DNA of 45,438 bases from Alphaproteobacteria bacterium (GTDB lineage: Bacteria > Pseudomonadota > Alphaproteobacteria > Rs-D84): positions 1 to 45,438 of the forward strand of contig JAKSTB010000001.1 of the NCBI GenBank assembly GCA_024402815.1, in the 5' to 3' direction. Both the position numbers and the translations under genes were made by a program. Position 1 is the stretch's first letter; every line of letters begins with the position of its first letter. This document shows positions 7,187 to 16,087 of this stretch, piece after piece. Below the pieces are notes generated by a model. That model made no database searches and was not told the DNA's origin. It worked only from the letters and a program-made list of their open reading frames with translations.

Positions 7187-8443
7187 ATGACACGTCCACT
7201 GGCAGATTTAATGCGACCTCAAATCATCGATGAAATCGTTGGGCAAACCAATTTATTGGGGGAAAACGGCATTATTCACCGCATGATAGAAAATGGCAAT
7301 TTATCAAATTTGATTTTGTGGGGTCCACCGGGATGCGGAAAAACAACAATCGCACGTGCTTTGGCAAAATCAGTAGATATGGATTTTGTGCCAATGTCCG
7401 CGGTGTTTTCAGGAACCGCCGATATAAAAAAATCTATGGATGCGGCGCGTATGAATCGTGATTTGGGACGTGGCACTTTGTTATTTATTGATGAAATTCA
7501 TCGTTTTAATAAAACACAACAGGATACTCTGTTGCCCTATTTGGAAGATGGCACCGTAACATTTATTGGTGCGACAACTGAAAACCCCAGTTTTAATTTG
7601 AATAACGCTTTGTTATCCAGATGTCATATTGGTGTATTGAAACCGCTGTCTACGGAAGATTTGTTGACATTGATTAAACGTGCAGAAAAATTTTTAAGTA
7701 AAAAATTACCTCTTGATAATGATGCAAAAATTCATTTGGCACAAATGTCAGATGGCGACGCCAGATTTTTGTTAAACACGGTTGAATTTATATCTGGTGC
7801 AAAATTCAAAAAAAATATGACACCTGATGAATTAGATTCGGCAATTCAAAAACGCGCACCTATGTCCGACAAATCTGGGGATGAACATTATAATTTAATT
7901 TCTGCGGTTCATAAATCTTTGCGTTCATCCGATACAGATGCCGCATTATATTGGGTTGCGCGCATGATGACGTCAGGCCAAGATCCGCGATATATACTGC
8001 GCAGATTAACCCGCTTTGCAATGGAAGATGTTGGATTAGCGGATCCCCAAGCAATGCAGATTGCCCTGGCCGCTTGGCAAATTTATGAACGCATGGGTTC
8101 ACCAGAGGGCGACATTGCCCTGACAGAATTGGTAATTTATTTGGCAACTGCGCCAAAAAGCATTTCTGCGTACAAAGCACAAACTGCATCATATGCTTTT
8201 GCAAAACAAACATCTAATTCTGTGCCACCAAAAAATATTTTAAACGCGCCAACCAAGATGATGAAAAATTTGGGATATGGCGATGGTTATGTTTATGACC
8301 CAGAAACAGAATCAGGATGCAGTGGTCAAAATTGTTTCCCAGATGATATGGAACGCAAAAGTTTTTATAAACCAATCGAACGCGGTTTTGAACGCGAAAT
8401 CAAAAAACGTTTTGATTATTGGAATTCTTTCCGTAAAAAATAG
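7187..8443 (+). CDS. rarA: replication-associated recombination protein A (AAA+ ATPase)
   Basis: 418 aa. Starts LADLMRPQIIDEIVGQ, has Walker A GPPGCGKTTIARALA and Walker B LLFIDEIHRFNK, plus the MgsA C-terminal domain (HYNLISAVHKSLRSSDTDAALYW). Confidence 0.93.
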   Translation: MTRPLADLMRPQIIDEIVGQTNLLGENGIIHRMIENGNLSNLILWGPPGCGKTTIARALAKSVDMDFVPMSAVFSGTADIKKSMDAARMNRDLGRGTLLFIDEIHRFNKTQQDTLLPYLEDGTVTFIGATTENPSFNLNNALLSRCHIGVLKPLSTEDLLTLIKRAEKFLSKKLPLDNDAKIHLAQMSDGDARFLLNTVEFISGAKFKKNMTPDELDSAIQKRAPMSDKSGDEHYNLISAVHKSLRSSDTDAALYWVARMMTSGQDPRYILRRLTRFAMEDVGLADPQAMQIALAAWQIYERMGSPEGDIALTELVIYLATAPKSISAYKAQTASYAFAKQTSNSVPPKNILNAPTKMMKNLGYGDGYVYDPETESGCSGQNCFPDDMERKSFYKPIERGFEREIKKRFDYWNSFRKK

Positions 8444-8450
8444 TTTTTAA

Positions 8451-9293
8451 TTAAAATAATATTCTGATATTGAACCCGACCTGTAAATCATGGCTGTCAA
8501 ATTCATAATCTAATTTTCCAATATATTGTGTGTTACCAAATTGACGCAACAGTTTGAAATTAACCCATTCTTGATTTAATAATAAATGTGGATTTGTTGA
8601 TTTGCGAATATCAAAGCCCAATCCCATACGCCATTTATATTGGAATCGTAAATAAGCTTCCGGTATAAAATCTATATAGGATAAACCGCGATTATCATCA
8701 AAAACCCAAGTAGATTTCACAGTACCCGCCAATGTTATTCCGTTATATTGACGACCAAAACGCAAACCGGCAAAATAGGAACTATCTGCATATTCAGGTG
8801 TTCTGATATGAGAACCGCCCCACAGTTTCAACCCGAACAAAGCATCAGCAATTATATGATTTTTGCCATCGCTATGATTCATACGATATGTTCCGCCAAA
8901 TTCAGTTGCAGAAAAACCATTTTCATGATCGAGTGAAAAATCAATTTGGTAATGCATATTGGCATGAAAAACAAAATTGTTATTTATGCCATAACCCCAA
9001 TATTCACCTATGCGTAATTTAGCATCTAAAAATGAAACATAAGTATCGGACAGAAAACTGTTATCACCGACCAAGAACAAAGGATCGGATGTATCATTTG
9101 ATAAACTGTTTTTTGCAACGGGTTGTGCAACATCGGCATCAAAGCTGTCAACAACAGCAACCTGTTGTGGTTGTTGGGTTTGCGGTGCAACGAAAGGTTC
9201 TTCTTCGACAGATGTATCAGACAAAACAACCACTTCTGCCATGGCATTAACAGACACCAACGCGCCAATCAAAAATAACACAAAACGTTTCAT
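8451..9293 (-). CDS. putative outer-membrane beta-barrel protein
   Basis: Signal peptide MKRFVLFLIGALVSVNAMA/E, an acidic Q/P-rich N-terminal tract, alternating amphipathic segments and a C-terminal aromatic residue (...FNIRILF). Confidence 0.6.
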   Translation of the reverse strand: MKRFVLFLIGALVSVNAMAEVVVLSDTSVEEEPFVAPQTQQPQQVAVVDSFDADVAQPVAKNSLSNDTSDPLFLVGDNSFLSDTYVSFLDAKLRIGEYWGYGINNNFVFHANMHYQIDFSLDHENGFSATEFGGTYRMNHSDGKNHIIADALFGLKLWGGSHIRTPEYADSSYFAGLRFGRQYNGITLAGTVKSTWVFDDNRGLSYIDFIPEAYLRFQYKWRMGLGFDIRKSTNPHLLLNQEWVNFKLLRQFGNTQYIGKLDYEFDSHDLQVGFNIRILF

Positions 9294-9322
9294 TACAAAC
9301 CAAACCTATGCTTAATCAAATA

Positions 9323-10630
9323 TTAGAAATACAATATTGCTTGAATACCCAATTTATATTCATTGTAATTTTTGATTTTGTAATCACCAATGGTATATAT
9401 ATTATTAGATGTTATACCACAAGTACTCAAAAGGGCTTGTGTATCTGAACTATATGGGGCAACATCATTGTTATAATATTTTCTGACCTTACCATCTGCG
9501 GAATCATACACAACTGCTGATCCATATAAATTCAATGCGAACATATCACCTGGTTGGTAACCAAATGCACCCTTCAATGTCAATTGATTGTGCCAATCAT
9601 AATTACCGAACAATACTTCGCCGTTCAATGTGAAATATTTATTTAACACACCGAATACCCCAACACCACCTTCGATAAATGTGGCGGAATCAACATCTGT
9701 GTTATAAGACATCATCAACCAATCGCCGGTTTTATCTTGGATGAACGCACCATATGCATTACCAGATGTCAAATCGATATAGGATACACGCCCCAATCCA
9801 TACAATGTTGTTCTGTCAATTTTATATCCAAATTTCAAATCGGCCATAAATGTGTTGGCTGTATCGCGTTGATTTTGATAATATGCCGCCAACATACCGA
9901 TATAATCATTCGTATCAACAAAACGATATTGCAGACCAAAACCAAATGTATTAAAACCGGAATCAGACGTACTGGCATCTGGTTCGCCTGTTGTCCAATC
10001 GGTCAATTTAACCTTAGTGGAATCATATTGTGCCATTGCCAAAATTGCCACGGAATCAGATATACCAAAACTGAAATCTTCTTTTACCAAGAATTGATTT
10101 GTTTTGATTTTGGCACCACCTGAACTGACCCCATATACAAAAGGTGTATCCAAACTATATGTTGCACTACTTGGGTCAATATCCCACACCGTACCGTTCA
10201 ATAAATCAAATTTGAAACTGTTTTGAGCAAATGAAATATCCGTCACAGAACCAAATTTACCCTTTAATGGTTGAAAGAATGGATGTGCCAAGAAATATTT
10301 ACGCATCTGGGATGTTGTTTTTTTCTTGGTATATGTAGATTCTGATTTTTTATAAGATCTGGTTTCTCCACCAGCATAACCAGAATCCCCTTTCATACCA
10401 GATGATTTTTTAACAGTTCTGGTTGTTGTCTTGGTGTTTTTACCAGCATTGGCACGACCTGCGCCTTGGTTATAATAAAAATTATTTGTTATTGTGTTGC
10501 CACGACCATCAGTTTTTGTAACAGTGCTGACGCGTCTGTATGTACTTGTTGTTGTGCCTGTTTCTTCTGCATTTACAGCCCCAGACAAAGCAACCATTAA
10601 ACTAACCAATGCAACCACACATTTTTTCAT
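9323..10630 (-). CDS. putative outer-membrane beta-barrel protein
   Basis: Signal peptide MKKCVVALVSLMVALSGAVNA/EE, a ~90-aa T/K/S/G-rich basic tract, then a beta-strand-like alternating pattern ending ...GIQAILYF. GGAG lies upstream of the ATG. Confidence 0.6.
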   Translation of the reverse strand: MKKCVVALVSLMVALSGAVNAEETGTTTSTYRRVSTVTKTDGRGNTITNNFYYNQGAGRANAGKNTKTTTRTVKKSSGMKGDSGYAGGETRSYKKSESTYTKKKTTSQMRKYFLAHPFFQPLKGKFGSVTDISFAQNSFKFDLLNGTVWDIDPSSATYSLDTPFVYGVSSGGAKIKTNQFLVKEDFSFGISDSVAILAMAQYDSTKVKLTDWTTGEPDASTSDSGFNTFGFGLQYRFVDTNDYIGMLAAYYQNQRDTANTFMADLKFGYKIDRTTLYGLGRVSYIDLTSGNAYGAFIQDKTGDWLMMSYNTDVDSATFIEGGVGVFGVLNKYFTLNGEVLFGNYDWHNQLTLKGAFGYQPGDMFALNLYGSAVVYDSADGKVRKYYNNDVAPYSSDTQALLSTCGITSNNIYTIGDYKIKNYNEYKLGIQAILYF

Positions 10631-10708
10631 ATAAAAACTCCTTTCATTATCAAATTATACATTATATCACAAAAAACACATATATAAAAGTGAAAAATAA
10701 ACCTGAAT

Positions 10709-12925
10709 TTACAAAATACGTCTTTTGCCACTGGGGTCTGGGGTACTTAAAATACCATCCTGTTCCATGTGTTCAATCAAAGTGGCCGCTTTGTTATATC
10801 CAATGCCTAATCTGCGTTGCAGGTAAGAAATTGTCGGTCTTTTATCATTTCTGACTATGTCTATGGCCTGGGAATATAAATCATTTGATTTTGCTTCTTT
10901 GGACATTGGAATACCAGGTATCACTTCCCCAGTATCACCGGTATCATCCGTTACACCGTCGGCATATGTTGGTTCGCCCTGTTCACGCCAGAAATCTGCT
11001 ATGCGTTTTAATTCAGGATCATCAACAAATGCACCGTGTACACGAACCGCAGGACGTCCCGCTTCACTGAACAACATATCACCACATGCCAATAATTGTT
11101 CTGCGCCCGCTTCGCCCAATGTTGTTCTGGAATCTATTGGGGAACGTGCCTGGAAAGAAATACGCGTTGGGAAATTAGATTTAATAACCCCGGTAATAAC
11201 ATCCGCAGATGGACGCTGGGTCGCCATAATCAAATGGATACCTGCCGCACGTGCCTTGGCCGCCAATCTTTGAACACACATTTCAACATCTTTGCGTGCC
11301 ACGGTCATCAAATCTGCAACCTCGTCAATAATGATTGCCAGATATGGCATATCGGACAAATCTATTTCTTTTGTTTCATATTCAAATTCGCCGGTTTCTT
11401 CATCCGTTCCAACAACAACTTGTTCAGTTAACACTTCACCACTTTCGCGCAAACCCGCAACCTTTTCGTTATATTCTTTGATATTACGAACACGCATTTT
11501 TCTTAATTGTTGATATCTGTCTTCCATGTTGCGTACGGCCCATTTCAAAGCGTTCACCGCCTCAGTCGCATCTGTCACCACAGGTGTGATTAAATGTGGG
11601 ATACCTTCCCATACGGCGAAATCTACGGCCTTGGGGTCGATAATCATTAACTTACCCTTGTCAGGTGTGAAATGATAAACAAATGAAGTTATCAAAGATT
11701 GCACAAATACAGATTTACCAGAACCTGTACGACCTGCAATCAACATGTGTGGCATTTTTGCCAAATCATAATACATAGGTTCGCCGCGAATACTGACCCC
11801 CAATGCCAAAGGTATCGCATATTTAGAATTCACAAATGCAGGATTGGACATCAATGTTTGATATCTTATCGCTTTGTGTCCAACATTTTCCATTTCAATA
11901 CCAATATATGATGTTCCTGTAATTGGACTGATACGGATTTTATCTGCCGCCATAGCCAAAGTCATGTCTTCTGCGGTTGTTGTAACCTGGGCCAATTTTG
12001 TTCCAGGTTCTGGTTCAAATTCATATTGTGTAATCACAGGCCCCGGTTTAATACCAACAATTTTTCCATATATTTTGAATTCTTCAAAATGGTCTTGCAG
12101 AGATATTGCCTTTTGCTTCATATCTTGTGTAATAGTTGTATTATTAAACACAGATTTTTCCAACAATTCAGGTGGTGGCAATTCATATTCAATCGATTCG
12201 TCTTCTTCGGCAACTTTCTTTCTTTTGCGTGGTTTACGCTTTGGTTTTTGAACTTCTTCTTCCTCTTCTTCGGTCTCTTCTTCTTCTTCCTCTTCTTCGT
12301 ATTCTTCTTCGTCTTCATACTCTTCTTCTTCCATTGGGGCCATTAAATGGAATGCAGACAACACGGTACGAAGTAAACGATAACTTGTTCGCAATGCCCC
12401 CTGTACATGATACCATTTCACATGCAATAATATTCCCGCCAATATAAAGAATAAAGATATTAAAACAATACCAACAGGTATGCTGGCCATACCCAACAAC
12501 CCACCCAAATCAGCGGCAACTATCGCACCTGCAAAACCACCATATGTTTTTGATATAGAAACCAACCCAAAACCGGCAGTGCCCAAACACAATGCAACAA
12601 AACCGCGCAATAAATTATATTCTGGTGCCCTTTCTTCATTCCAACCAATTAATAAACCGATTCCAAAACGTCCCAAACATAAAAACAAAAATAATGACGG
12701 AACAAATCCAATTACATAACGCAAAAATCCAACAACATTACCAATTATATTTTGATTACCAAAAGATCCATGCGCCCCAAAACCAGACAAATACGGATCA
12801 TTGAACATCAATACAAAAATCAACCACAAAGATACAAAACACAAAACAATTCCAACACCACGTAAACACAATTTACGCAACATCACAGAAATACTTTCTG
12901 GTAAAAAATTTGAATCACTGTCCAT
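10709..12925 (-). CDS. ftsK: DNA translocase FtsK
   Basis: N-terminal TM helices, an acidic/basic linker, a motor domain with Walker A GRTGSGKSV and a C-terminal winged-helix gamma domain (ISYLQRRLGIGYNKAATLIEHMEQDGI). I prefer the ATG at 12925 (MDSDSNF...) to the TTG at 12961. Confidence 0.93.
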   Translation of the reverse strand: MDSDSNFLPESISVMLRKLCLRGVGIVLCFVSLWLIFVLMFNDPYLSGFGAHGSFGNQNIIGNVVGFLRYVIGFVPSLFLFLCLGRFGIGLLIGWNEERAPEYNLLRGFVALCLGTAGFGLVSISKTYGGFAGAIVAADLGGLLGMASIPVGIVLISLFFILAGILLHVKWYHVQGALRTSYRLLRTVLSAFHLMAPMEEEEYEDEEEYEEEEEEEETEEEEEEVQKPKRKPRKRKKVAEEDESIEYELPPPELLEKSVFNNTTITQDMKQKAISLQDHFEEFKIYGKIVGIKPGPVITQYEFEPEPGTKLAQVTTTAEDMTLAMAADKIRISPITGTSYIGIEMENVGHKAIRYQTLMSNPAFVNSKYAIPLALGVSIRGEPMYYDLAKMPHMLIAGRTGSGKSVFVQSLITSFVYHFTPDKGKLMIIDPKAVDFAVWEGIPHLITPVVTDATEAVNALKWAVRNMEDRYQQLRKMRVRNIKEYNEKVAGLRESGEVLTEQVVVGTDEETGEFEYETKEIDLSDMPYLAIIIDEVADLMTVARKDVEMCVQRLAAKARAAGIHLIMATQRPSADVITGVIKSNFPTRISFQARSPIDSRTTLGEAGAEQLLACGDMLFSEAGRPAVRVHGAFVDDPELKRIADFWREQGEPTYADGVTDDTGDTGEVIPGIPMSKEAKSNDLYSQAIDIVRNDKRPTISYLQRRLGIGYNKAATLIEHMEQDGILSTPDPSGKRRIL

Positions 12926-12965
12926 GTCCGCTATTTTATCATAAAAACTGCGAAAGTGCAAAATC

Positions 12966-13649
12966 CTATTTGCGATTTAATTTCTTTAAAACAGATTTTG
13001 TTATATCCGCACAAACCATACCGATAAAAGCACCCAAAATTACATCTGATGGCCAATGCGCACCAACATAAACGCGGGAAATTCCAATGATTATTGCCAA
13101 AGTCCATGTTGCCCATTTAATACGTGGAAATAACATACCCATCATAACCAATCCTGCAAAGCCGATGGCAGAATGGCCGGATGGCATAGAATTAAACACA
13201 GAATCAAACACCCATGGTTCAAAATAAGTATTACCCAATGCATCAAATAATACAGGTCTGGAACGTCCTATGAATAATTTCAATACACCTGTTATTAAAA
13301 ATGCAGACAACACAGAACAAAAAATATAAAAAATATAACTGCTTTTAATTTTCACAAAAGCATATCTGAAATCATATTCGTTTTTGATTGCTTTATATAT
13401 AAAGAAAAATAATACCCCCACCCCAGATGCAATTAACCACATTTTTGTTCCAAATATTTTTCCCAACAACAGAAAAAATGAACATAAAAAACTACCACTG
13501 ATGGTCCACATATTACAATCTGGTCTGTGTATAGCCGTATACAATATTTTATCCAACCCGCACAATCCGGAAATCACACATGCCAATGTAATTAACGCAC
13601 CAATTAAAATCCAATTCCATTTCAAAGAATTATCTTTTCTTATAAACAT
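12966..13649 (-). CDS. PAP2-family phosphatase (PgpB/LpxE-like membrane lipid phosphatase)
   Basis: All three PAP2 motifs are present: KLFIGRSRP, PSGHS, SRVYVGAHWPSD. The protein is polytopic. Confidence 0.85.
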   Translation of the reverse strand: MFIRKDNSLKWNWILIGALITLACVISGLCGLDKILYTAIHRPDCNMWTISGSFLCSFFLLLGKIFGTKMWLIASGVGVLFFFIYKAIKNEYDFRYAFVKIKSSYIFYIFCSVLSAFLITGVLKLFIGRSRPVLFDALGNTYFEPWVFDSVFNSMPSGHSAIGFAGLVMMGMLFPRIKWATWTLAIIIGISRVYVGAHWPSDVILGAFIGMVCADITKSVLKKLNRK

Positions 13650-13650
13650 T

Positions 13651-15159
13651 TTATAAACCCATCAATCTTGAATATATTTTTTTATTAGTTAATATTTCTG
13701 CACTAACCGCACTGGCCACAGCATCTTCATCTGTTCCAGATGTGATAACAGGACATGCTTTGCGCAACGATTTAACATTGGCTTTTTCATCCTTGTTATA
13801 ATCATGTGCATCAAAATCATCATTTATTACATTCAAGAAAAATGCTTCGCGTTCAGATGTATTACGGATATTAGATAAACAAATCAAAGGAAACATTCCG
13901 CGACCATCCAATACATTGCCGGAACCTGTCTTAATAGATTTATTAAACAATTCCAACACCGCACCATTTTTTAATTCTATACGACTGGCGATTCTGGATT
14001 TACCAGCGGTTGGTGTTCCAACCAATAACCCACGTTTGTTTTCATAAAAAGCACTGGCGATTGCTTCCGCTGTACCATGTGTAGAATCAGACATTAACAC
14101 CACCACAGGAACATCTGTTACCGCATCACCACCTGGGACAACTTCTAATTCATCGACCGCTGTTTCAGAAATAATCATCACAGGATTTTGTCCCAAAAAC
14201 AATCCCGCCAATTTTGCGGCAGCCCTTTCATCATTACCACCGCCGGCACGTAAATCCAAAATAATACCATTGATATCTTTATATTTTGCCAATGCTTCAT
14301 TAACAATATTTACAGCGCCATCAGTTATTTCATGAATTATAATTTCCAACAAAGATTCAGATTCATCTTTGCCGGAACGATAAACAATATCTGCATCCGC
14401 CGAAACAATTGTCGCACGACGCAAAGTAACATGTTTATTTCCAAATGGGGTTAACAATTTAACCTTCACAGTGCCAGAATTATATCCTGCCAATACGGCG
14501 GATAAATCTCTGTCCATCATTTCACTGACGCGTTTCCCATTTATTTCAGATATAATATCGCCTTCGTTCATACCAGACATATCCGCAGGTGAATTTTTAA
14601 ATACGCCTGTGATTCTGAAATTACCACGTTCATCGCGACCACCATCAAAACCCAAACTGGTCAACATTTTAGGATCTATGCCTGTTTTCATAAAATCATT
14701 ATGAACATACGTACCGTTTTCATCAATTCCAGACAACAAAGCATTAACAACAACTTGATATAATCTTACGTCTTTTAGAGAGCGCAGATTTTCATCCTGT
14801 TCCCGCATATTCAATATTAACTTGGTTGTTATCTGGCCATATTCTTTCCAATCTTTTGGTTTAGGATATGGGAAATTAGCAATCAATTTATCACCCCAGA
14901 CCAACACAACACGTTCACCAGTTGCTGCAATATGTGCCTTTGGATTTAACTTTTCCAAACTTTCAATTGCAACTTCTATGTTTTTACCGGCCCAATTAAC
15001 ACTGTCTAATTTTTCATAAATATCGGCAAAAACTTCTGAAACTTCATTGACATTTATGTTTTGTTGAACCTTGGGTTCAGATGCAAACAAATCGTCAGCA
15101 TGTCCAGAACAAGTAAAGAACACCAACCATAAACATAAAAAGATTTTTATTATTTGCAT
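13651..15159 (-). CDS. S41 (C-terminal processing peptidase) family homologue with PDZ domain; nucleophile position substituted
   Basis: Signal peptide MQIIKIFLCLWLVFFTCSGHA, a PDZ-like segment FRITGVFKNSPADMSGMNEGDIISEINGKRV, and S41 core segments IILDLRAGGGN and LLVGTPTAGKS. Strong RBS (AAGGAGAGG). Confidence 0.8.
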   Translation of the reverse strand: MQIIKIFLCLWLVFFTCSGHADDLFASEPKVQQNINVNEVSEVFADIYEKLDSVNWAGKNIEVAIESLEKLNPKAHIAATGERVVLVWGDKLIANFPYPKPKDWKEYGQITTKLILNMREQDENLRSLKDVRLYQVVVNALLSGIDENGTYVHNDFMKTGIDPKMLTSLGFDGGRDERGNFRITGVFKNSPADMSGMNEGDIISEINGKRVSEMMDRDLSAVLAGYNSGTVKVKLLTPFGNKHVTLRRATIVSADADIVYRSGKDESESLLEIIIHEITDGAVNIVNEALAKYKDINGIILDLRAGGGNDERAAAKLAGLFLGQNPVMIISETAVDELEVVPGGDAVTDVPVVVLMSDSTHGTAEAIASAFYENKRGLLVGTPTAGKSRIASRIELKNGAVLELFNKSIKTGSGNVLDGRGMFPLICLSNIRNTSEREAFFLNVINDDFDAHDYNKDEKANVKSLRKACPVITSGTDEDAVASAVSAEILTNKKIYSRLMGL

Positions 15160-15199
15160 GGTGTCCTCTCCTTTGTTCCTTTCATTGTTTTATGTAATA

Positions 15200-16063
15200 T
15201 TAATATTCTGTTTCTCTCAAATTAAAGTGATACAAAATAACATTAGATATATAAATACTGGTCAATGTACCAGAGATAATCGAGAAAGTCATTGCGATTG
15301 CAAATTCTTGCAACATTTGTCCACCAAATACATATATACCAACCATAGCCAAAATTGTAGAAACACTGGTTGAAATTGTTCTGTATAACATTTCGTTCAC
15401 AGACAAATCAATCAAATCGTTCATTGGCATTTTGTGATACATTTTAATGTTTTCATCAATTCTGTCATAATTAACCACTTTATCATTAACAGAATATCCA
15501 ACACCCATCAATATAACTGCGATTGCGGTTTGGTTGAATTCCAATTCCATAATAGAAAAGAATCCAAACATCAATATCAAATCTAATACCAAAGATACAA
15601 AAGATCCAACGGCATAACCACCGCGATACCGAATCCAAATATATACAGCCATTAATACAAATGATACCAATATTGCCAACACGCCACCACGTATCAATTC
15701 ACCACCAATTTTTGGTCCTACAACTTGAACCTGGGAATATTCAACACGGTCGCCCAAAATGTTTTTAATTTCTGCAACACGGGTATTTAATTGATCATCA
15801 GTTGCCCCCTTTGGCAAACCAACACGCAACAAAATAGCTTTGTTATCAACGGCCTGTAATTCAGGTTTAAATTTTTCCAAATCATGACGCATCTTATCGA
15901 TTGTATAATCTGCAACCACAGGTGTAATTTCCATAGAAATACCACCAGAGAAATCTATACCGTAATTAAAGCCTTTAAAGATTATAGATAATATAGATAA
16001 TAAAATGCAAATTCCGGAAACCCAGTAAGACAATTTGCGATATCTCATAAAATGCAATTTCAT
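15200..16063 (-). CDS. secF: protein translocase subunit SecF
   Basis: 287 aa. Starts YRKLSYWVSGICILLSILSI..FKGFNYGIDFSGG and has six TM segments. AAGGAG RBS. It follows secD. Confidence 0.92.
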   Translation of the reverse strand: MKLHFMRYRKLSYWVSGICILLSILSIIFKGFNYGIDFSGGISMEITPVVADYTIDKMRHDLEKFKPELQAVDNKAILLRVGLPKGATDDQLNTRVAEIKNILGDRVEYSQVQVVGPKIGGELIRGGVLAILVSFVLMAVYIWIRYRGGYAVGSFVSLVLDLILMFGFFSIMELEFNQTAIAVILMGVGYSVNDKVVNYDRIDENIKMYHKMPMNDLIDLSVNEMLYRTISTSVSTILAMVGIYVFGGQMLQEFAIAMTFSIISGTLTSIYISNVILYHFNLRETEY

Positions 16064-16087
16064 AACTAACTCCTTTTTTGCACTTTC

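Noticed and set aside
10857-11273. 138-codon ORF antisense to the ftsK motor domain, plus several shorter ones at 11096-12447
   Set aside because: These are shadow frames of a highly conserved gene, with no independent coding evidence.
12118-12318. Poly-Lys/Arg ORF (MKTKKNTKKRKKKKRPKKRKKK...)
   Set aside because: It is the alternative frame of the GAA-rich tract encoding the FtsK acidic linker, so it is a compositional artefact.
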